Of a stretch of 35,462 nt of DNA, positions 33,165 to 35,462 are shown in pieces (within the stretch, counting starts at the first letter, position 1; every line of letters begins with the position of its first letter). The translations under genes were made by a program, and so were the position numbers. The DNA is from Octopus bimaculoides (taxonomy: Eukaryota), in NCBI RefSeq assembly GCF_001194135.2, contig NC_068981.1:10080918-10116379 (forward strand), written 5' to 3'. The notes below the pieces were generated by a model. It worked only from the letters and a program-made list of their open reading frames with translations. It did no database searches and was not told the origin of the DNA.

Positions 33165-33597
33165 GCATGGATACCCTTATATTGGAAAATTTACTGAGAG
33201 TGCCTGCTTCATAGAGAACGTATCATTTAGCTGTTTATGAAATACTGCAGCATTTACTTGCTCATGAAATACTATACTTATTAAACGTTCATAACGGCCA
33301 ACATAGTTAAGGTGTTAAGCAGGAAATAAGTTGTAATCAATTAGAAGCGTAATAAGAAGAAAAGTAATCAGTGTTAGTGAATATTTATCTAAAACGTATC
33401 AAGGGAGAGAACTCTGAAAATGTCATTCATACATACATACATGCATGGAGGAGTAAAACATGATCTTTCGCAGTTATGATAACTCAGAAATTGAAGTCTT
33501 ACTCGACCGCTTCAACCAAGTGTAATTTTTATTGAGCGTCACTAAGAATTTAGAACATCTAAAAGATATAGCATTTTAAAAACGACGAAGAGACGCT

Positions 33598-33690
33598 GTA
33601 TTTTATGAGCGTTTAATACGTATAGTATTTCATGAGCAACTAAATGCTGTGGTATTTCATGAACAGCTAATTGATATTCTATTTTATATA
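33598..33690. repeat. Degenerate 27-bp tandem repeat (3+ units)
   Basis: GTATTTTATGAGCGTTTAATACGTATA / GTATTTCATGAGCAACTAAATGCTGTG / GTATTTCATGAACAGCTAATTGATATT. Confidence 0.6.
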
Positions 33691-33784
33691 GAAATATCTT
33701 ACAGATCAAAAAAATTAAATTTTCACGTACAAAGTATAAAATTAGTCTTTCTAAGATCCTGAAATAAACCATGCTGGAGATGTC

Positions 33785-33990
33785 TTGTGTTCTTATGCAA
33801 AATTCGTTATTTCACGTTGCTTCAGTCTACTAAGCTGTAAATAGGTAACGCTACGACGTATTGGCGTTCCATTTAGTGAAACTCTTTTCCTGCCCACCAA
33901 GCGACCGGGGTGGCATCATTCGAAAGCAACTACAATGCGAAGAAGCGCATTGTGACCAGTGATGCATAACAATATCTGATAGACTGGATG
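33785..33990 (+). mobile_element. 5'-truncated SINE-C variant (CORE-like domain + tail 2)
   Basis: TTATTTCACGTTGCTTCAGTCTACTAAGCTGTAAATAGG...GGGGTGGCATCATTCGAAAGC...GCGCATTGTGACCAGTGATG matches the reverse complement of 27355-27570. Confidence 0.7.
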
Positions 33991-34082
33991 ACAAAATGAT
34001 ATATATATGATATGTATATATGCATGTATGTATGGAAATATATATACATATATGTATACGTATGTATTTCTATATGTGTGTG

Positions 34083-34179
<97 letters not shown>

Positions 34180-34779
34180 CGTATGTATGTATATAAACTT
34201 CAAATAAACACTGCACCATACACAAATCACATAGTCTGTACATACTAAGTTTCTTTCATTTGTAAAGAAACCTGTCATTGATACTCAGGTGAAATGGGAT
34301 TTCATAATGTTTCCATGTGTCCTTAATCCCCGAGGAACGTGACTTATTTTTCCTTCTTTCGAATAATATATGACCCCTGTAACTTTTACAAGCCCTCCCA
34401 GAGCAATGTGATCAAGCCAAGAATTCCGGATAAAGAAAAGTTTAAGAAAATGCTTAGGGAGTGTTTTAGGTGAGATACAGTAAAGAACGTGAGAGGAGAA
34501 GATATAGATGTATCGGGTATGATTTGATGGATCTGATTTAGGTATTGTTTGATGAGAAAAGAAGTAGTAGCAGTAGTAGTAGTAAAGAAGAAATAGCACA
34601 TCTGTGAATTTATGGCAGCAGTTTGTTCTAATCAATATTATATCTTATTGATGTGATCAAAAATATGCGTAATTTTAAATGTGTTTGTAACAGGTACATT
34701 GTTCACGATATGTTAGCAGTACCGTAATGCATCTTTCTTTTAGGTTTGAAGAGGGCCGACAGCCAAACTAGGTTGTGAG

Positions 34780-35200
34780 ATTTTCGAATCCTGAAAACTG
34801 AAAGCTTAGATATTTTTAATGATAATTTTGAAGCAGAGATTTCAAGATGGCAGATATTTCAGTCATTCTCGATGTCGAGGAATGTTGGATGCAAGTGATA
34901 TTTGTGTTTTGAAGTCATTGAAATTGATGTCTTCAGAGGGAGAAGATGGTGAGCAGAAGAAGAGGTATTCATGATGTTTAGAGTCAGAAGAGCAAGAGAA
35001 ACAGCAAATGAACCTAGAGGTTAGTGGAGGAAACACTTTGAACAGAAATAACTAGAAGTGATTTTTGTTGACTTCTAGTTAAGAAAGTTGACTCGTGACG
35101 GAGTTGGTAGTTATATAAGTTTGGACATCATCTTTTAGAAGTATATTGTGAGATAGTGGGCAGATTGAGGATAACATAAAAAGGAGATTATTTTTAGACT
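34780..35200 (-). mobile_element. Decayed LINE endonuclease (APE-type) region
   Basis: Minus strand reads, through stops, ...QTYITTNSVTSQLS*LEVNKNHF*LFLFKVFPPLTSRFICCFSCSSDSKHHEYLF...SEDINFNDFKTQISLASNIPRHRE*LKY. This resembles the 'YIRxxxxxxRxxxLE...FICxxYxSP...EI.ILGDFNVHHxxWL' layout of CR1/jockey-group endonucleases (TGA in place of W). The catalytic GDFN is not preserved. Confidence 0.4.
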
Positions 35201-35422
35201 GTTGATGGGATAATCATTCAACTGAAATCCGTGCATAATGCCGTAGAAGTGCGAAAGAGTGTCTTTGCATATTGATTCTTACTCTCATTTATGTACTTTG
35301 AGTTGCTTTTGATATTTCCAAGAGTAGAAACCAAGTGAAACATTGATTTGCTACAGCGTTCTGCTGCATCGCAACATCCTTGCATATGTGCATATGTGTG
35401 CATACGTATGCCACACACACAC

Positions 35423-35462
<40 letters not shown>

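Overview
AT-rich, repeat-dense eukaryotic DNA with ten N gaps, most of them abutting (TA)n/(TG)n/(CT)n tracts. Repeat content and assembly style point to a cephalopod, probably Octopus (inferred, not checked by search). There are no prokaryotic genes, operons or CRISPR arrays, and the long ORFs in the supplied track are artefacts of N runs and microsatellites. Most recognisable sequence is mobile DNA: about 25 whole or partial tRNA-derived SINE copies in three groups (my labels SINE-A, SINE-B, SINE-C), four copies of a ~220-bp mariner-type MITE, two decayed LINE fragments, a ~105-bp-arm foldback palindrome and a Helentron/HINE-like fragment. The best evidence for a host gene is two + strand exons (24711-24776 and 25729-25841) with canonical splice sites and matching phase. 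Joined, they read (x)IDRIILSVVLTFSVCLLSYIK-G-RQRVDNFDNIMPSKSTREKR/STGRLNFGEKSNGVGRS: a signal-peptide-like hydrophobic stretch, a short pro-region and an R-X-K-R furin-type site. I cannot name the gene. Other points of interest: a LINE and SINE-A sharing a 3' tail, domain shuffling among SINE-C elements, a SINE nested in another SINE's internal microsatellite, a tandem SINE dimer with three target-site copies beside the candidate exon, inverted SINE pairs, and a 71-nt hairpin. I found no clear new biological system.
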